From assembly GCA_004212975.1 (NCBI GenBank), contig SHBF01000001.1:2801-66800 (forward strand): a stretch of 64,000 nt of DNA, written 5' to 3'. Within the stretch, counting starts at the first letter, position 1, and the number at the start of each line of letters is the position of its first letter. Under the pieces are notes generated by a model. It was not told where the DNA came from. It was given only the letters and a program-made list of their open reading frames with translations, and searched no databases. Shown here piece after piece: positions 43,040-54,282 of the stretch. Source of the DNA: SAR86 cluster bacterium. Lineage in GTDB: Bacteria; Pseudomonadota; Gammaproteobacteria; Magnimaribacterales; D2472. The position numbers and the translations under genes were made by a program.

Positions 43040-44244
43040 TACCTACTGATTACTAGACTTGCATTGGTTCCACCAAAGCCAAACGAATTACTAAGAACAT
43101 TATTGATTGATGTATTCCTTGTTTCGGTAACTATATCAAGGCCTTCAGCATCATCACATAATGATTCAATGTTTATAGATGGCGCAATAAAGTTTTCATT
43201 GATCATCATAATTGAGTATATGGCCTCATGAGCACCTGTAGCTCCAAGTGAGTGTCCTGTCATTGATTTAGTTGAACTTATCATTGGTGTTTCTGAATTA
43301 AAAAGAGTCTTGATTGCATTTATTTCTGCCACATCTCCAACGGGAGTACTTGTACCATGAGTATTAATGTAATCGATTTTTATTTTTGAATTATCAATTG
43401 CTCCTTGCATACATCGAGATGCACCTTCACCAGAAGGAGCTACCATGTCATAGCCATCAGAGTTTGCAAAATAACCGGAAAGCTTAGCTAGAATATTTGC
43501 GCCTCTTTTCTTTGCATGCTCTTCATCTTCTAAAATTATCATTCCAGCTCCACCTGAAATAACAAATCCATCTCTATTTGAATCGTATGGTCTTGATGCA
43601 ATCGTTGGAGTTGAATTGAAGTTAGATGAAAGTGCTCCCATGGCATCAAATAAGCAAGATGAGCTCCAATGCTCGTCATCACTTCCACCAGCTATGACGA
43701 CATCTTGTTCGCCGCTTTTAATTAAATCTGCAGCATGACCAATGCAATGAGCACTGGTTGCACATGCTGAAGAAATTGAATAATTTATTCCCTTTAATTT
43801 GAGTGCTGTTGCTATGATTGCTGATATAGAACTAGACATGCTTTTTGTAACACCATAAGGTCCAATTCTTTTAGGACCTTTCTCTCTTGCAATATCACCA
43901 CTTTCTAACATCACTCTCGTAGAAGCACCTCCAGATCCTGCAACAATACCAATTTTTGGCGAGTCTAAATGACTTTCATCAATTCCAGCCATTTTAAGGG
44001 CATCCTTAGTAGCCAAGTAAGCGTATCCGGCAGATTCACCCATAAATCTTAATAATTTCCTATCAATATGTTCTGAAAGATCAATATTGACAGATCCAGA
44101 GACACAACTTCTAAATCCCATCTCTGAATATTTCTCATTAAATACAATTCCTGATTTAGCATTCTGAAGATTAGCAAGTACTTCTGCATAGTCATTACCT
44201 ATACAAGATTTAATACCTACTCCTGTTATGACTACGTTTCTCAT
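43033..44244 (-). CDS. fabB: 3-oxoacyl-ACP synthase I
   Basis: 403 aa. Active-site Cys region [12 protein letters not shown], His motifs NTHGTSTP and GHSLGATG. Directly downstream of fabA. Confidence 0.93.
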   Translation of the reverse strand: MRNVVITGVGIKSCIGNDYAEVLANLQNAKSGIVFNEKYSEMGFRSCVSGSVNIDLSEHIDRKLLRFMGESAGYAYLATKDALKMAGIDESHLDSPKIGIVAGSGGASTRVMLESGDIAREKGPKRIGPYGVTKSMSSSISAIIATALKLKGINYSISSACATSAHCIGHAADLIKSGEQDVVIAGGSDDEHWSSSCLFDAMGALSSNFNSTPTIASRPYDSNRDGFVISGGAGMIILEDEEHAKKRGANILAKLSGYFANSDGYDMVAPSGEGASRCMQGAIDNSKIKIDYINTHGTSTPVGDVAEINAIKTLFNSETPMISSTKSMTGHSLGATGAHEAIYSIMMINENFIAPSINIESLCDDAEGLDIVTETRNTSINNVLSNSFGFGGTNASLVISRYQ

Positions 44245-44765
44245 CAGAAATTACTTGGATCCTTAAATAAACCAACTTTTAACTTTTCAGCGCTATAGAT
44301 TTTTTTATTATCAACAAACATTTCACCATCTGCTAAACCAACTATTGCACCTCTATTGATAATCCTTTTAATATCTAATTTATATACAACTTTTTTTGCT
44401 TTTGGAAGAACTTGTCCAAAGAACTTTACATTTTCAGCTCCAAGAGCTCGTCCAATTCCTGGTAAGCCAGTCCACAACAAGTAAAATCCTAGAAGTTGCC
44501 ACATAGCGTCTAGACCTAGACATCCTGGCATGACAGGATCTTCCTTAAAATGATACTTAAAAAACCACAAATCAGGGTTTACGTTTAGCACAGCTTCAAT
44601 TGAGCCTTTATTATAATTTCCTGAAAAATCATCAATATTAACTATTTCGTCGAACATTAACATTAAGTCTGAAGGCAATCGACCATCACCTTTTTTTGTA
44701 AATAATTCTCCATTTGAACATGCAATTAGTTCTTCTTTGTTATATGAGCTTTTAGGATTAAACAT
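44244..44765 (-). CDS. fabA: 3-hydroxydecanoyl-ACP dehydratase/isomerase
   Basis: ...[27 protein letters not shown]..., 173 aa. Confidence 0.96.
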   Translation of the reverse strand: MFNPKSSYNKEELIACSNGELFTKKGDGRLPSDLMLMFDEIVNIDDFSGNYNKGSIEAVLNVNPDLWFFKYHFKEDPVMPGCLGLDAMWQLLGFYLLWTGLPGIGRALGAENVKFFGQVLPKAKKVVYKLDIKRIINRGAIVGLADGEMFVDNKKIYSAEKLKVGLFKDPSNF

Positions 44766-45709
44766 TATTTATCTCTTTTAAGTGCCATATCGGCTAATTC
44801 TATCATTTCTTTTCTAACAATTAGGTCATTTATCTTATTAGCACAGTCAACTGTTTTGACATGATATTTTTCAGCAAGTTGCTGAGTTTTTCGAATTCCA
44901 TTCAAATTTTGAATAAGAGTTTTTGCTTTTGATTGATTTAAGTTATTTTTTCCAAGAAGCTCAAATAAATTCTTTTTATTTCTAGTGTTACCATTTTTGT
45001 AGGCATAAAAAAACGGATAAGTGACTTTGCCTTCCCTAAGATCTTGATATGATGGTTTTCCAATTTCTAAATCTGAAGAATAATCAAGCATATCATCACG
45101 GATTTGAAATAATATTCCTAGATTCCTAGCACACTCACTTACGTTGTTTATATAATTCCTATTTGAAGAGGAAAGTATTGCTCCTGTCCTAGCTGCAGCT
45201 TCAAAAAGCCTGCCTGTTTTAAAGTAGCTAATTTTTTTTAGCTTATTTAAAGATATTTTGATGTTCCTAATTGCATCAAGTTGTATTAATTCTCCTTGAG
45301 AAATGTCATTTGTTGCATTGGCAAGCTCTTCAAGAATATTCTTATTTCCTATTTCAACCATGAGAATAAAAGCTTTTGAGTAAATATAGTCCCCAATTAA
45401 AACTCCGTGCGAATTTGTCCAAACATTATTTACAGATTTGACTCCTCGTCTGACTGAGGAATTATCAACGACATCATCATGAACGAGTGTTGCTGTATGA
45501 AGAAGCTCTATCACAGATGCAAGTTTAAATCTGTCTTTGTGATTTTTAACAGATGAAGCAATAAGACTTAATCTTGCTCGCATTTTTTTACCACTTGATC
45601 TAAAAATATATTTGTATAAGCCTGAAATAGTTTTTTCCTTGCTTAGGTCCTTTTTTATATATTTTTCAACAACCTTTAATTCCTCAGTAATATTGATATT
45701 TCTCTTCAT
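44765..45709 (-). CDS. ispB: Octaprenyl-diphosphate synthase (long-chain polyprenyl synthase)
   Basis: Two Asp-rich motifs, LVHDDVVD and IRDDMLD. Divergent from rplU-rpmA as in E. coli. Confidence 0.9.
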   Translation of the reverse strand: MKRNINITEELKVVEKYIKKDLSKEKTISGLYKYIFRSSGKKMRARLSLIASSVKNHKDRFKLASVIELLHTATLVHDDVVDNSSVRRGVKSVNNVWTNSHGVLIGDYIYSKAFILMVEIGNKNILEELANATNDISQGELIQLDAIRNIKISLNKLKKISYFKTGRLFEAAARTGAILSSSNRNYINNVSECARNLGILFQIRDDMLDYSSDLEIGKPSYQDLREGKVTYPFFYAYKNGNTRNKKNLFELLGKNNLNQSKAKTLIQNLNGIRKTQQLAEKYHVKTVDCANKINDLIVRKEMIELADMALKRDK

Positions 45710-45745
45710 ATTGCCTTATTTATGATGCAAAATTCTGTTTAAGTA

Positions 45746-45774
45746 TTGATAATTTCTTCATTAAAGCGTATATT
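45746..45774 (+). promoter_or_regulatory. Sigma70 promoter for rplU-rpmA-obg
   Basis: TTGATA (45746-45751), 17-nt spacer, TATATT (45769-45774). Confidence 0.45.
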
Positions 45775-45798
45775 TTGCGAGCTTTTTAGGATTATATT

Positions 45799-46119
45799 AT
45801 GTATGCAGTTATAGAAACAGGCGGTAAACAGCATAAAGTTGAAAAGGGTATGATTTTATCAGTTGATCTTTTAAAAGATGAAGTTGGTAAAAAGATTACT
45901 TTTGATAATGTTTTATTGTACGTAGACGCTGATAATGTTGAGGTTGGGCAACCATACCTTGATAATGTAAAGGTAACTGCTGAAATAAAAGATACTGTGA
46001 AAGCTGATAAAATCTCTATTCTGCGCTTCAGAAGAAGAAAGCACAGTATGAGAAAAATAGGGCATCGAGCAAAGCATTCTCAGGTTGAAATTAAGAATAT
46101 TAAATTAGAGAGTAAATAA
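45799..46119 (+). CDS. rplU: 50S ribosomal protein L21
   Basis: [17 protein letters not shown]... Confidence 0.98.
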   Translation: MYAVIETGGKQHKVEKGMILSVDLLKDEVGKKITFDNVLLYVDADNVEVGQPYLDNVKVTAEIKDTVKADKISILRFRRRKHSMRKIGHRAKHSQVEIKNIKLESK

Positions 46120-46376
46120 TGGCACATAAGAAAGCAGGTGGATCAAGCAAGAACGGAAGAGATTCCAACTCAAAAAGGCTTGGTGTAAAAAGATTTGGTG
46201 GTCAGTTGGTCAAAGCTGGTGAAATTCTTATTCGTCAAAGAGGCACAAATACTCATCCGGGTCTAAATGTTGGTATTGGTAAAGATGATACATTGTTCGC
46301 TAAATCTGCTGGCATTGTTCAATTTACATACAAAGGCCCTAAAAAAAGAAAGACAGCAAACGTTATTCCTCAATAA
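46119..46376 (+). CDS. rpmA: 50S ribosomal protein L27
   Basis: [24 protein letters not shown]... Confidence 0.98.
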   Translation: MAHKKAGGSSKNGRDSNSKRLGVKRFGGQLVKAGEILIRQRGTNTHPGLNVGIGKDDTLFAKSAGIVQFTYKGPKKRKTANVIPQ

Positions 46377-47663
<1,287 letters not shown>

Positions 47664-47729
47664 AATTAAGATGCGTAGTTTAATTATCTATAGACAATAT
47701 GTCTATATTTATACGAATTATTATGAAAA

Positions 47730-48076
47730 TGGTGGAGGCGGCGGGAATTGAACCCGCGTCCGTCAATCCTTCAGCCTAACTTCTACATGCATAGCTCATT
47801 CTATTATTTTTAACTTTTATCACCCGAAGAGCAGGGTATAAAAGCTAGCTTGATTAAGTTTTACCAAACTATATCCAAGCAATATAGCTTGGCTAGACTG
47901 TGTGTTTAGCCGATGCTTCAAACCACAGTCAATTCTTGCATCGGTTAGCATTAAGCTGCTAAGGCGTAGTTGTCGTTATTTGCAACTATTTTTTTTGTAG
48001 TATGTTTTACAAGAATTACTACAATCTTGGCATGCGCTTCGGAGTCCAGTAGAAACGTCGAACCCTATTCGCCCCC
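47730..48076 (-). ncRNA. ssrA: tmRNA (SsrA)
   Basis: Minus strand starts GGGGGCGAATAGGGTTCGACG and ends ...GGGTTCAATTCCCGCCGCCTCCACCA. The acceptor stem has the G3:U pair. Internal tag frame present. Lies directly downstream of smpB. Confidence 0.95.
47951..47983 (-). other. tmRNA tag reading frame, ANNDNYALAA plus stop
   Basis: GCA AAT AAC GAC AAC TAC GCC TTA GCA GCT TAA read on the minus strand. Compare the E. coli tag ANDENYALAA. Confidence 0.9.
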
Positions 48077-48088
48077 ATAAGGAAAGGC

Positions 48089-48094
48089 ATTATA
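48089..48094 (-). promoter_or_regulatory. Possible -10 box (TATAAT) for ssrA
   Basis: TATAAT on the minus strand, 12 nt upstream of the mature tmRNA 5' end. No convincing -35. Confidence 0.35.
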
Positions 48095-48117
48095 CATGAA
48101 TATTTTTTTTGATTCGA

Positions 48118-48588
48118 TTAGGAGAATTTTTTTGAATTTTTAAGAATTCTTCCTTGATCTCTTTCCCAATCTCTTTTTTTGATATCCTCTCTTTGATCCC
48201 TATGCTTTTTGCCTTTGCCCATGGCAATATCACATTTAATTAAATTATCTTTCCAGTAAATTTTTGTTAAAACACATGTAAGTCCTTTCTCACCTTTCAA
48301 TCTTTCTATCTTTTCGATTTCTTTTCTATGAAGTAAAAGTTTTCTTGATTTAGTCAAATCTATATCTTCTTGTTTTAAAGATGCTGGACTATCAATTTTT
48401 ACTCCAATAAGCCAAGCCTCACCTTTTTTGATATTTACATATGAATTTTTTACATCAACCTTTGACTGTCTTAGCGATTTTACTTCCCAACCTTCTAAGA
48501 CAATTCCGGCTTGAAAACTTTCATCTAATTTATAGTTTCTAGAAGCATTTTTATTCTTTACAATTAAAGAAGGTTTTTCTTTAGGCAT
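48118..48588 (-). CDS. smpB: SsrA-binding protein SmpB
   Basis: ...KNKNASRNYKLDESFQAGIVLEGWEVKSLR..., 156 aa. Confidence 0.97.
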   Translation of the reverse strand: MPKEKPSLIVKNKNASRNYKLDESFQAGIVLEGWEVKSLRQSKVDVKNSYVNIKKGEAWLIGVKIDSPASLKQEDIDLTKSRKLLLHRKEIEKIERLKGEKGLTCVLTKIYWKDNLIKCDIAMGKGKKHRDQREDIKKRDWERDQGRILKNSKKFS

Positions 48589-48639
48589 ACTTTATTATGT
48601 ATTCTAAAGAGCTAAGTGCAATAACTTTAAAGAAATAAA

Positions 48640-49101
48640 TTGAATATAACCAATATCAAATCTACCTATGGCTATGTTGGCTTTCTTCCATTTGCTACAT
48701 TTTCCCTTATACCTTGGATTATTGGTGGAGAGGTCAGCAAGACCCTTATATATTTTCAATTAGGCTACGGCGCAATAATAATTACCTTTTTAGGCGGCTT
48801 TGCTTGGGGATGGAGAGATGATCAAAAAAATCAAAAATTAAACTTATCTATAGGGATTGGTTTTAGTTTATTGGGTTGTTTGATTCTACTTCTTACTTAT
48901 TTAAAGCTTATTTTAATTTCTCTATTTTTATCAATAATTAGTTTTTATTTATTTTTCGTATTTGAGAGATCTACAGAAGATTTCAATAAAAAGGATATTG
49001 ATTATCAGAAATTCAGAAAAATTTTAACTTTACTAGTATGTATATCTTTTTTAATATCAATTGGTTATTGGATTAATCCATACAGCAACCCTTATTTATA
49101 A
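48640..49101 (+). CDS. Small polytopic membrane protein (DUF3429-like, tentative)
   Basis: 153 aa with about 4 hydrophobic spans and a ...GYGAIIITFLGGFAWGW... motif. TTG start, because the ORF has no in-frame ATG at all. Confidence 0.6.
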   Translation: MNITNIKSTYGYVGFLPFATFSLIPWIIGGEVSKTLIYFQLGYGAIIITFLGGFAWGWRDDQKNQKLNLSIGIGFSLLGCLILLLTYLKLILISLFLSIISFYLFFVFERSTEDFNKKDIDYQKFRKILTLLVCISFLISIGYWINPYSNPYL

Positions 49102-49103
49102 TT

Positions 49104-50447
49104 ATGGAAAAAAAACTAAAGTCTCATGGTGCCTGGATTGGAAAATGGACATTTATACTTGCAGCCACAGGATCTGCTGTTGGCTTAGGAAACATCTGGG
49201 GATTTCCTTATAAAGCCGGAACGAATGGTGGTGGCGCCTTTGTACTAATCTACTTACTATGTATCGTCATGATAGGAGTCCCAATCATGATTAGTGAGAT
49301 CATTATTGGAAGGAGGGCTGGCAATAGTCCAATCAATGCAATGAAAAGAACTGCAATGCAATCAAGCACTTCTTCACTTTGGAAACTTGTTGGATGGAGT
49401 GGAATTACAGCAGGAGTATTAATACTTTCTTTTTACAGCGTTATTGCTGGCATTTGTTTAAATTACATTTTTATTGCTGCATTCTCCACCGATGCTTTAA
49501 GTTCATCAGATCAGTTCGGTTCTGTCATAGCCTCACCATATAATCTTTTATTTTGGCATACAGTTTTTATGCTTTTAACTTTTTTGATTGTTTCTGCAGG
49601 TGTTAAAAATGGTATTGGAAGAATGGTAAAAATTTTAATGCCAATGTTAGGATTTTTATTAATCTTTATGGTCATATATGCAATGTTTAATGGAGCATTC
49701 GCTAGGACATTGGAATTTTTATTTGCTCCAGACTTTTCAAATGTGACGGCTGAGACATTTTTGAGTGCAATGGGCCAAGCTTTTTTTAGCTTGAGTTTGG
49801 GAATGGGTTCAATTATGGCTTATGGCGCATACATGCCCAAAGATCAAAAAGTAGTTCCAACTTCTTTTACCGTAGCATCTTTAGATACCTTGGTAGCTAT
49901 GTTAGCGGGCTTAGCAATATTTCCAATTATTTTTGCTTTCAATTTAGAACCAAATAGCGGACCAGGGCTTGTTTTTGTATCAATGTTATCTGCATTTAAC
50001 CAAATGCAATTTGGTCAAATAATTGGTGCTTTTTTCTTCATATTGTTGTCTATTGCAGCCTTAAGCTCTTCCATTTCATTGCTTGAGCCTGGTGTGGCTT
50101 ATTTATCTGAAGAAGGCTTTTTATCAAGGAAATACTCTGCCTTAGCTATTTCTTTTTTCGCTTGGAGTTTAGGTATTGGAACAGCATTGAGTTTTAATGT
50201 TTTGTCTGAATTTAACCTCACTCCTGGCAGAAATTTTTTAGATTCAATGGATTTTATTGCTAATCAAATTTTGCTACCTCTGGGTGGAATGATGATTGCA
50301 ATATTTGTTGGTTGGTTTATGAAAAAAGAACTTATTACTAATGAAGTAGGTTATGTTAATCAAATTATTTATAAGCTATGGAGATTTTTTATAAAATTCA
50401 TAGCTCCAATAAGTGTTGCTTCAATATTTATTTCACAGATCCTTTAG
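49104..50447 (+). CDS. Sodium-dependent transporter, neurotransmitter:sodium symporter (NSS/SNF) family
   Basis: 447 aa polytopic protein with family signature GSAVGLGNIWGFPY near the N-terminus. Confidence 0.9.
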   Translation: MEKKLKSHGAWIGKWTFILAATGSAVGLGNIWGFPYKAGTNGGGAFVLIYLLCIVMIGVPIMISEIIIGRRAGNSPINAMKRTAMQSSTSSLWKLVGWSGITAGVLILSFYSVIAGICLNYIFIAAFSTDALSSSDQFGSVIASPYNLLFWHTVFMLLTFLIVSAGVKNGIGRMVKILMPMLGFLLIFMVIYAMFNGAFARTLEFLFAPDFSNVTAETFLSAMGQAFFSLSLGMGSIMAYGAYMPKDQKVVPTSFTVASLDTLVAMLAGLAIFPIIFAFNLEPNSGPGLVFVSMLSAFNQMQFGQIIGAFFFILLSIAALSSSISLLEPGVAYLSEEGFLSRKYSALAISFFAWSLGIGTALSFNVLSEFNLTPGRNFLDSMDFIANQILLPLGGMMIAIFVGWFMKKELITNEVGYVNQIIYKLWRFFIKFIAPISVASIFISQIL

Positions 50448-50448
50448 A

Positions 50449-50874
50449 GTGCCCCGTAAGATTCATTTTTTAAAGTCAGTGACTGAAGACTTTTCAAAAG
50501 TTTACGGTCAAATCGCAAACTTTGAAAACTATTCTTCATATATACCTGGCTGCTCAAAGTCAGAGCTTATAGAAAAAAATGATCAATTTGAGATTGGTAA
50601 ATTGGAATTTAGTTTTTTGCTGAGGGATTATGAAATTAGATCAAAGAACATTTTGCTAGAAAATAAAATCAAAATTGAACAAATTGATGGCCCTTTTAAT
50701 TCCTTTAAAGGAGAGTGGAATATTTCTAAAAAAGACAACTATGAAACTCTAATCGAATTCAGTGCAGAATTCGAACTTCCTATATTGTTGAATAATTTGC
50801 TGCCTGAGAAGGCAATTGACAGTTTTTGTGAAATTTTATTAGAAGCCTTTTTGGATCGGCTCTCAAAGGTTTAA
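50449..50874 (+). CDS. ratA: SRPBCC/START-fold protein RatA (ubiquinone-binding COQ10-like)
   Basis: ...YSSYIPGCSKSELIE...IDGPFNSFKGEWNI... resembles E. coli RatA. Start moved to in-frame GTG 50449, 1 nt after the transporter stop, because the track start at 50413 overlaps the transporter by 35 nt. Confidence 0.8.
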   Translation: MPRKIHFLKSVTEDFSKVYGQIANFENYSSYIPGCSKSELIEKNDQFEIGKLEFSFLLRDYEIRSKNILLENKIKIEQIDGPFNSFKGEWNISKKDNYETLIEFSAEFELPILLNNLLPEKAIDSFCEILLEAFLDRLSKV

Positions 50875-51219
50875 TTATTCCGATAGATCTTCAATAGTCC
50901 AATTATCTACGAGACCTTCACTGTTAAAGTTTATAGATAATTTCATTTCATCCAAAAGCTCATCGCCCACTTGAATCGAGTAATAATAATCCCATCGATT
51001 TGAATGAAAAGGATCTTTAATTAAAGCTGTTCCAAATATGAACTGAACTTGTTCTTTAGTTAAACCTTCACTCAATTTGGACATATCATCTTCATCAAAA
51101 ATATTTCCTTGCAAAATAGGGACCTTGTATGGCGTTAATGATGCACAAGATGAAATTATTAATACTAAAAAGTAGGCAAATAACTTATTTAAAAAATTTT
51201 TAGTCAATATACTTTTCAT
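50875..51219 (-). CDS. bamE: Outer-membrane assembly lipoprotein BamE (SmpA/OmlA)
   Basis: Lipobox LIISSC, ...ILQGNIFDEDDMSKLSEGLTKEQVQFIFGTALIKDPF... Divergent from fur as omlA-fur in Pseudomonas. Confidence 0.9.
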   Translation of the reverse strand: MKSILTKNFLNKLFAYFLVLIISSCASLTPYKVPILQGNIFDEDDMSKLSEGLTKEQVQFIFGTALIKDPFHSNRWDYYYSIQVGDELLDEMKLSINFNSEGLVDNWTIEDLSE

Positions 51220-51307
51220 AACAAACTTTGATTATACTTACCTTATATTATCTTTTGTTATGCAAGAGCATAATATAATTTTGAAAACTGTACTATACTA
51301 AAGTTAA

Positions 51308-51718
51308 ATGAACCAAACAAAAGAACTGAAAAAAGCAGGTCTTAAGGCTACATTGCCTAGAATAAAAATTATGGAAGTCTTAGAATCTACTGCTATTCAA
51401 GAAGAAGCACATTTTAGTGCTGAAGATATATATAAAGAACTTCTAAACAGAGGTGAAAATATTGGTCTTGCTTCTGTATACAGAGTCCTTACTCAGTTCG
51501 AAACTGCTGGAATAGTTAAAAAACATCACTTTGAAGGCAGTCATGCTGTTTATGAAGTAATAGAAGAAAGTCATGAGCATATGGTTGATGTAGAATCTGG
51601 GAAGGTCTTAGAATTTCGGGATAATGAATTAATTGAAAGGCTAAACTCTATTGCCGAAGATGCTGGATATCAATTAGTTGATCATAATCTCGTGCTTCAC
51701 GTTAAAAAATTAGATTAG
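51308..51718 (+). CDS. fur: Ferric uptake regulator Fur (Cys-less C-terminal type)
   Basis: LKKAGLKATLPRIKIMEVLE, ...HHFEGSHAVYE...HEHMVDVESGKVLEF...DHNLVLHV. No CxxC pairs, like Pseudomonas Fur. Confidence 0.93.
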   Translation: MNQTKELKKAGLKATLPRIKIMEVLESTAIQEEAHFSAEDIYKELLNRGENIGLASVYRVLTQFETAGIVKKHHFEGSHAVYEVIEESHEHMVDVESGKVLEFRDNELIERLNSIAEDAGYQLVDHNLVLHVKKLD

Positions 51719-51724
51719 TCAAAA

Positions 51725-51755
51725 CCCCTTGAACTGATAATTAATATCCCAATAT
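51725..51755 (+). promoter_or_regulatory. Sigma32 (heat-shock) promoter for grpE-dnaK-dnaJ
   Basis: CCCCTTGAA (51725-51733), 14-nt spacer, CCCAATAT (51748-51755). Compare the E. coli consensus CCCTTGAA-N13-15-CCCCATNT. Ends 21 nt before the grpE ATG. Confidence 0.65.
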
Positions 51756-51776
51756 ATGGTGGTATAGGGATATTTT

Positions 51777-52346
51777 ATGAGTGAAAAAGATAAATCTGTT
51801 GAAGAAAATTCTCTTGATGAAGAGCTTTCATTAAATGGATCTGGGGAAGATTCTGATGTAAGTGATGATTCTCAGGATGAAGTTGAAAATGTTGGTACAC
51901 CAACATATGAAGAGCTTGTTGATAAAAAAGAGGAGCTTGAAGGACTATTACTTCGTGCTAATGCTGACCTTGATAATGCTTTAAAAAGAACATTAACAGA
52001 AGTTGAAAAAGCTCATAAATATGGAACTGAGAGACTGCTCATGGAGCTTTTGCCCATAATAGATAACTTAGAGAATGCATTAAATAATTTGTCTGAGAAT
52101 TCCTCAAAAGAGGACAAAGAGGGTATTGAATTAACTTTAAAATCTTTTGAATCAACTCTTGATAAATTCGGAATGGTACCTATCTATCCGGATAGTGAAG
52201 AATTTAATCCAGAAAAACATGAGGCTGTTTCAATGGAGAAAGATAAAAACAAGAAAGACGGCTTTGTTGGAAATATTTTTCAAAGGGGCTGGGAACTGCA
52301 CTCAAGAGTCTTAAGACCGGCAAGAGTGACTGTGATTAAAAATTAG
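51777..52346 (+). CDS. grpE: Nucleotide exchange factor GrpE
   Basis: 189 aa with an acidic N-terminus, ...[13 protein letters not shown]...HEAVSME... Confidence 0.95.
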   Translation: MSEKDKSVEENSLDEELSLNGSGEDSDVSDDSQDEVENVGTPTYEELVDKKEELEGLLLRANADLDNALKRTLTEVEKAHKYGTERLLMELLPIIDNLENALNNLSENSSKEDKEGIELTLKSFESTLDKFGMVPIYPDSEEFNPEKHEAVSMEKDKNKKDGFVGNIFQRGWELHSRVLRPARVTVIKN

Positions 52347-52356
52347 AGGAAAAAGT

Positions 52357-54273
52357 ATGTCAAAAATTATAGGAATTGATTTAGGAACAACTAATAGCTG
52401 TGTTGCTGTTGTTGAAGGCCAGCAACAAAAAGTTATTGAAAATGCTGAGGGTGCAAGAACAACGCCGTCTGTGATTGCATATACAGATAACGATGAAGTT
52501 CTTGTTGGACTGCCAGCTAAAAGACAAGCTGTTACTAATCCTGAAAACACCTTGTATGCAATCAAAAGATTAATAGGTAGAACATTCGATGATGAAGTTG
52601 TTAGTAAGGATGCTGACATGGTTCCCTATAAAATTGTTAAAGCAGATAATGGTGATGCTTGGGTTGAGGCATCAAAAAAACAATTAGCCCCACCACAGGT
52701 TGCTGCAGAAGTTCTTAAAAAGATGAAGAAAACTGCTGAAGATTATCTCGGGCATGAAGTAAAAGAAGCAGTAATTACCGTACCAGCTTATTTTAACGAT
52801 TCACAAAGACAGGCAACGAAAGATGCAGGAAAAATTGCAGGCTTAGATGTTAAAAGAATTATCAATGAACCTACTGCAGCAGCGCTTGCGTATGGTCTTG
52901 ATAAAGGCAAGGGAGATTCAACGGTAGCAGTATACGATCTTGGAGGAGGAACTTTTGATATATCTATTATTGAAATATCTGACGTTGATGGAGAGCATCA
53001 ATTTGAAGTTTTATCTACAAATGGAGACACTTTTCTAGGCGGTGAAGATTTCGATCTAAGATTGATTGATTATTTTGTTGATAAATTTAAAGAGGAATCT
53101 GGATTTGATTTGAAAAGTGATCCTCTTGCGCTTCAAAGATTAAAAGAAGCTGCTGAAAAGGCCAAAATTGAACTATCTTCATCTGAGCAAACAGAAGTTA
53201 ATTTGCCCTATATAACTGCTGATAGTTCTGGGCCAAAACATTTTGTCCACAAGATTACTAGAGCTAAATTAGAGTCTCTTGTAGAGGATTTGGTTGATAA
53301 AAGCCTCGAGCCTCTTAAACTTGCACTCAAGGATGCAAAAATATCAAAGGGAGACATAAATGAGATTTTGCTCGTTGGTGGACAAACAAGGATGCCACTT
53401 GTTCAAAAGAAAGTTGCAGATTTTTTTGGTAAAGATCCTAGAAAAGATTTAAATCCTGATGAAGCAGTAGCTGTTGGCGCTGCCATTCAAGGTTCAGTTT
53501 TATCTGGAGATACAACTGATGTATTGCTTTTAGATGTTACTCCATTAACACTTGGTATTGAAACTCTAGGTGGAGTAGCTACCCCACTTATTGAAAAAAA
53601 TACTACTATTCCTACTCAAAAATCTCAGATATTTTCGACAGCCGAAGATAACCAAACTGCCGTTACAGTTCATGTCATTCAAGGAGAAAGAACTCAGGCT
53701 GCTCAGAATAAATCTTTAGGCCAATTCAATCTAACTGACATACCTGCGGCAGCAAGAGGAGTTCCACAAATTGAAGTATCATTTGATCTTGATGCAAATG
53801 GAATTTTGAATGTTTCAGCAAAAGATAAGAATACTGGTAAAGAACAATCAATTGTTATTAAAGCATCTAGCGGATTATCAGACGAAGATATAGAAAAGAT
53901 GGTAAAAGATGCTGAGGCAAATGCTGAAGATGATAAGAAATTTGAAGAACTAGTAAAAGCTAAAAATAATGCCGATATGTTGGTTCATGCCACAAGAAAA
54001 ACTATTGAGGAATCAGAGGATAAACTTGAAGATGAAGAAAAGAATCAAGTAGAAGAGGCGCTCAAAGGATTAGAGGAAGCAATATCATCTGAAGATATCG
54101 AAGCAATTGAGTCTGCAACAAAAAATCTAAATGATGTTCTAACACCACTAACTCAAAAACTATATAAACAGGAAAGCGCAGAAGGACAATCTGATACTAA
54201 TACAGATGAAGACAGTTCTACCGAAAATACTGTTGATGCTGAATTTGAGGAAGTAAAAGAAGAAGAAAAGTAA
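52357..54273 (+). CDS. dnaK: Chaperone DnaK (Hsp70)
   Basis: [25 protein letters not shown], 638 aa. Confidence 0.99.
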   Translation: MSKIIGIDLGTTNSCVAVVEGQQQKVIENAEGARTTPSVIAYTDNDEVLVGLPAKRQAVTNPENTLYAIKRLIGRTFDDEVVSKDADMVPYKIVKADNGDAWVEASKKQLAPPQVAAEVLKKMKKTAEDYLGHEVKEAVITVPAYFNDSQRQATKDAGKIAGLDVKRIINEPTAAALAYGLDKGKGDSTVAVYDLGGGTFDISIIEISDVDGEHQFEVLSTNGDTFLGGEDFDLRLIDYFVDKFKEESGFDLKSDPLALQRLKEAAEKAKIELSSSEQTEVNLPYITADSSGPKHFVHKITRAKLESLVEDLVDKSLEPLKLALKDAKISKGDINEILLVGGQTRMPLVQKKVADFFGKDPRKDLNPDEAVAVGAAIQGSVLSGDTTDVLLLDVTPLTLGIETLGGVATPLIEKNTTIPTQKSQIFSTAEDNQTAVTVHVIQGERTQAAQNKSLGQFNLTDIPAAARGVPQIEVSFDLDANGILNVSAKDKNTGKEQSIVIKASSGLSDEDIEKMVKDAEANAEDDKKFEELVKAKNNADMLVHATRKTIEESEDKLEDEEKNQVEEALKGLEEAISSEDIEAIESATKNLNDVLTPLTQKLYKQESAEGQSDTNTDEDSSTENTVDAEFEEVKEEEK

Positions 54274-54282
54274 AGATTTATC

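Noticed and set aside
47664-48117. tmRNA locus as a possible genomic-island integration site.
   Set aside because: rpsT follows 66 nt after the tmRNA 3' end and smpB lies directly upstream. There is no integrase, no duplicated tmRNA 3' segment and no foreign-looking genes.
51220-51307. I searched the bamE-fur intergenic region for a Fur autoregulation box.
   Set aside because: The best segment I found (CATAATATAATTTTGAAAA) matches only about 8 of 19 consensus positions, which is indistinguishable from the AT-rich background.
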